Origin: Sedimentisphaerales bacterium
GTDB lineage: Bacteria; Planctomycetota; Phycisphaerae; Sedimentisphaerales; SM23-30
Assembly: GCA_963663965.2 (NCBI GenBank)
Contig: CAXXFK010000028.1
Coordinates: 448,001 to 512,000, forward strand
DNA length: 64,000 bases
Reading direction: 5' to 3'
A program made the position numbers and the translations under genes. The notes under the pieces are model-generated. The model was not told where the DNA came from, did not search any database, and was given only the letters and a program-made list of their open reading frames with translations. This document shows, one piece after another, positions 62,814 through 64,000 of this stretch; the first letter of the stretch is position 1; each line of letters opens with the position of its first letter.

Positions 62814-64000
62814 TTATACCTGGGTCAGGATGGTCCATTTTTTGATGGCGTTGAGGAGGGTTTCGACTTCGAAGGGTTTGCTGACGAAGTCGTCCATGCC
62901 GACGCTGAGGCAGTGTTCGAGGTCGCCTTTGATGGCGTTGGCGGTGAGTGCGATGATGGGGATGCGCGCGGGCGGCAGGCCGGGCCGGGCGTTTTGTTTT
63001 TCCATTTTTCGGATGGCCTGGGTGGCCTGGTAGCCGTCCATGACGGGCATGGCGCAGTCCATTAAGATCAGGTCGTAGGTCTGATTTAAGACGGCGTCGA
63101 GGGCGGCCTGGCCATGGTCGACGATGTGGCATTCGATGCCGTGCTGGCGGAGGATCTCGGCGGCGATTTCCTGGTTGATTTCGTTGTCTTCGGCGATCAA
63201 TACCGTAAGGTGGTACTGGGACAGATCTTCAATATTATCGATTTCGCTGGACGCGCCGGTGGTGATTGACGGGTTGGCCGGCCGGCCGTTCTGATGGTCG
63301 AAGATGGATAGAATCATGTCATAGAGCGAGGATTGCATGATGGGTTTGATGAGGACGTATTCAAAGCCGGCCTGTTTGAGGGTGTCGAACATTTCGTGGC
63401 GGTGATAGGAGATCAAGGTAATCACGGCCATCTGTTGGTATTCAGGCAGTTCTTTGATCTGCCGGATGAGTTTGAGATGGAGGCTGTCGATCGATTCGAT
63501 GTCGATAATGGCCAGGTTGTAGGGGGGGGCGTCCTGCTGCCGGGCGATTTTGAGGCATTCAGTGGCCTGGAGGGCGTTGGCGGCGATATCGGCGGTGCAG
63601 CCCCAATGGTCGATGAGTTGAGCGAAGACGGTGCGATAGGTTTCGCTGGGATCGAGAATCAGGACGCGCAATTGTTTGAACGATTCGGTGATCTGGTATT
63701 TTTCGGCGAGGGCGGGGGATTGGGTTTGTTTTTTGAGACGGGCGGTGAACCAGAAGGTGGAGCCTTTGCCGGTTTCGCTGTCGACGTCGATCTGGCCGCC
63801 CATGAGTTCAACCAGTTGACGGCTGATGGCCAGACCGAGGCCGGTACCGCCGAATCGGCGGGTCATGGAGGAATCGACCTGGCTGAAGAGACGGAAGAGT
63901 TTGTCGCGCCGGTCGGGTGAGATGCCGATGCCGGAATCCTGGACTTCGACGCGAATGATGACGTCGTCGGTCAGGTCCTGGTCCAGGACGATGCGAAGAA
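62814..64000 (-). CDS. Hybrid sensor histidine kinase / response regulator, C-terminal part (5' end outside window)
   Basis: HATPase (VQDSGIG, FSQVDSSMTRRFGGTGLGLAI, GKGSTFWF), a degenerate REC domain, and a REC domain with AEDNEINQ, LMDCAMPVMDGY, ALTANA, SKP. Confidence 0.93.
   Translation of the reverse strand, partial: LRIVLDQDLTDDVIIRVEVQDSGIGISPDRRDKLFRLFSQVDSSMTRRFGGTGLGLAISRQLVELMGGQIDVDSETGKGSTFWFTARLKKQTQSPALAEKYQITESFKQLRVLILDPSETYRTVFAQLIDHWGCTADIAANALQATECLKIARQQDAPPYNLAIIDIESIDSLHLKLIRQIKELPEYQQMAVITLISYHRHEMFDTLKQAGFEYVLIKPIMQSSLYDMILSIFDHQNGRPANPSITTGASSEIDNIEDLSQYHLTVLIAEDNEINQEIAAEILRQHGIECHIVDHGQAALDAVLNQTYDLILMDCAMPVMDGYQATQAIRKMEKQNARPGLPPARIPIIALTANAIKGDLEHCLSVGMDDFVSKPFEVETLLNAIKKWTILTQV

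Noticed and set aside
63333..63920. 195-aa plus-strand ORF
   Set aside because: Antisense shadow of the hybrid histidine kinase

Overview
A 64 kb bacterial chromosomal window, most likely from a planctomycete of class Phycisphaerae (Sedimentisphaerales-like). This is inferred from dockerin-like C-terminal tags, a PEP-CTERM protein, a prepilin-type H-X9-DG protein, a giant M56/BlaR1 protein and many glycoside hydrolases. It carries housekeeping genes (tRNA-Ala(GGC), nadC, birA, lnt, clpX, fabI, glmS, gpmI, miaB, an S41 protease, an orphan ParA), polysaccharide genes (GH62 partial, GH95, GH2, CapD-like, UDP-GlcA decarboxylase, CgeB-like glycosyltransferase), a BlaI/BlaR1 pair with intact operators, and a three-gene cluster of paralogous LamG-like surface proteins. 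No CRISPR array, integrase, transposase or prophage gene was seen. The most unusual signal is non-coding, a set of fixed-spacing DNA motifs: (i) five copies of a 55-bp element AAAC(G/A)AACCCA(A/C)-N18-T(A/G)A-N19-TTA with invariant spacing but unrelated spacers, two of them inside the tail of an orphan ORF; (ii) three copies of a 75-bp inverted-repeat-bounded element carrying a similar TAA-N19-TTA core; (iii) an ordered, duplicated array of short repeat cassettes at 57.0-57.6 kb, next to a ~4 kb zone of strong plus-strand G>C skew. Other notable items are a beta-propeller/secretin fusion, a candidate ~165-nt structured RNA, a MITE, and a G6-tract frameshift that separates a phosphatase from its signal peptide. 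All protein calls come from motif recognition by eye, not from database searches.
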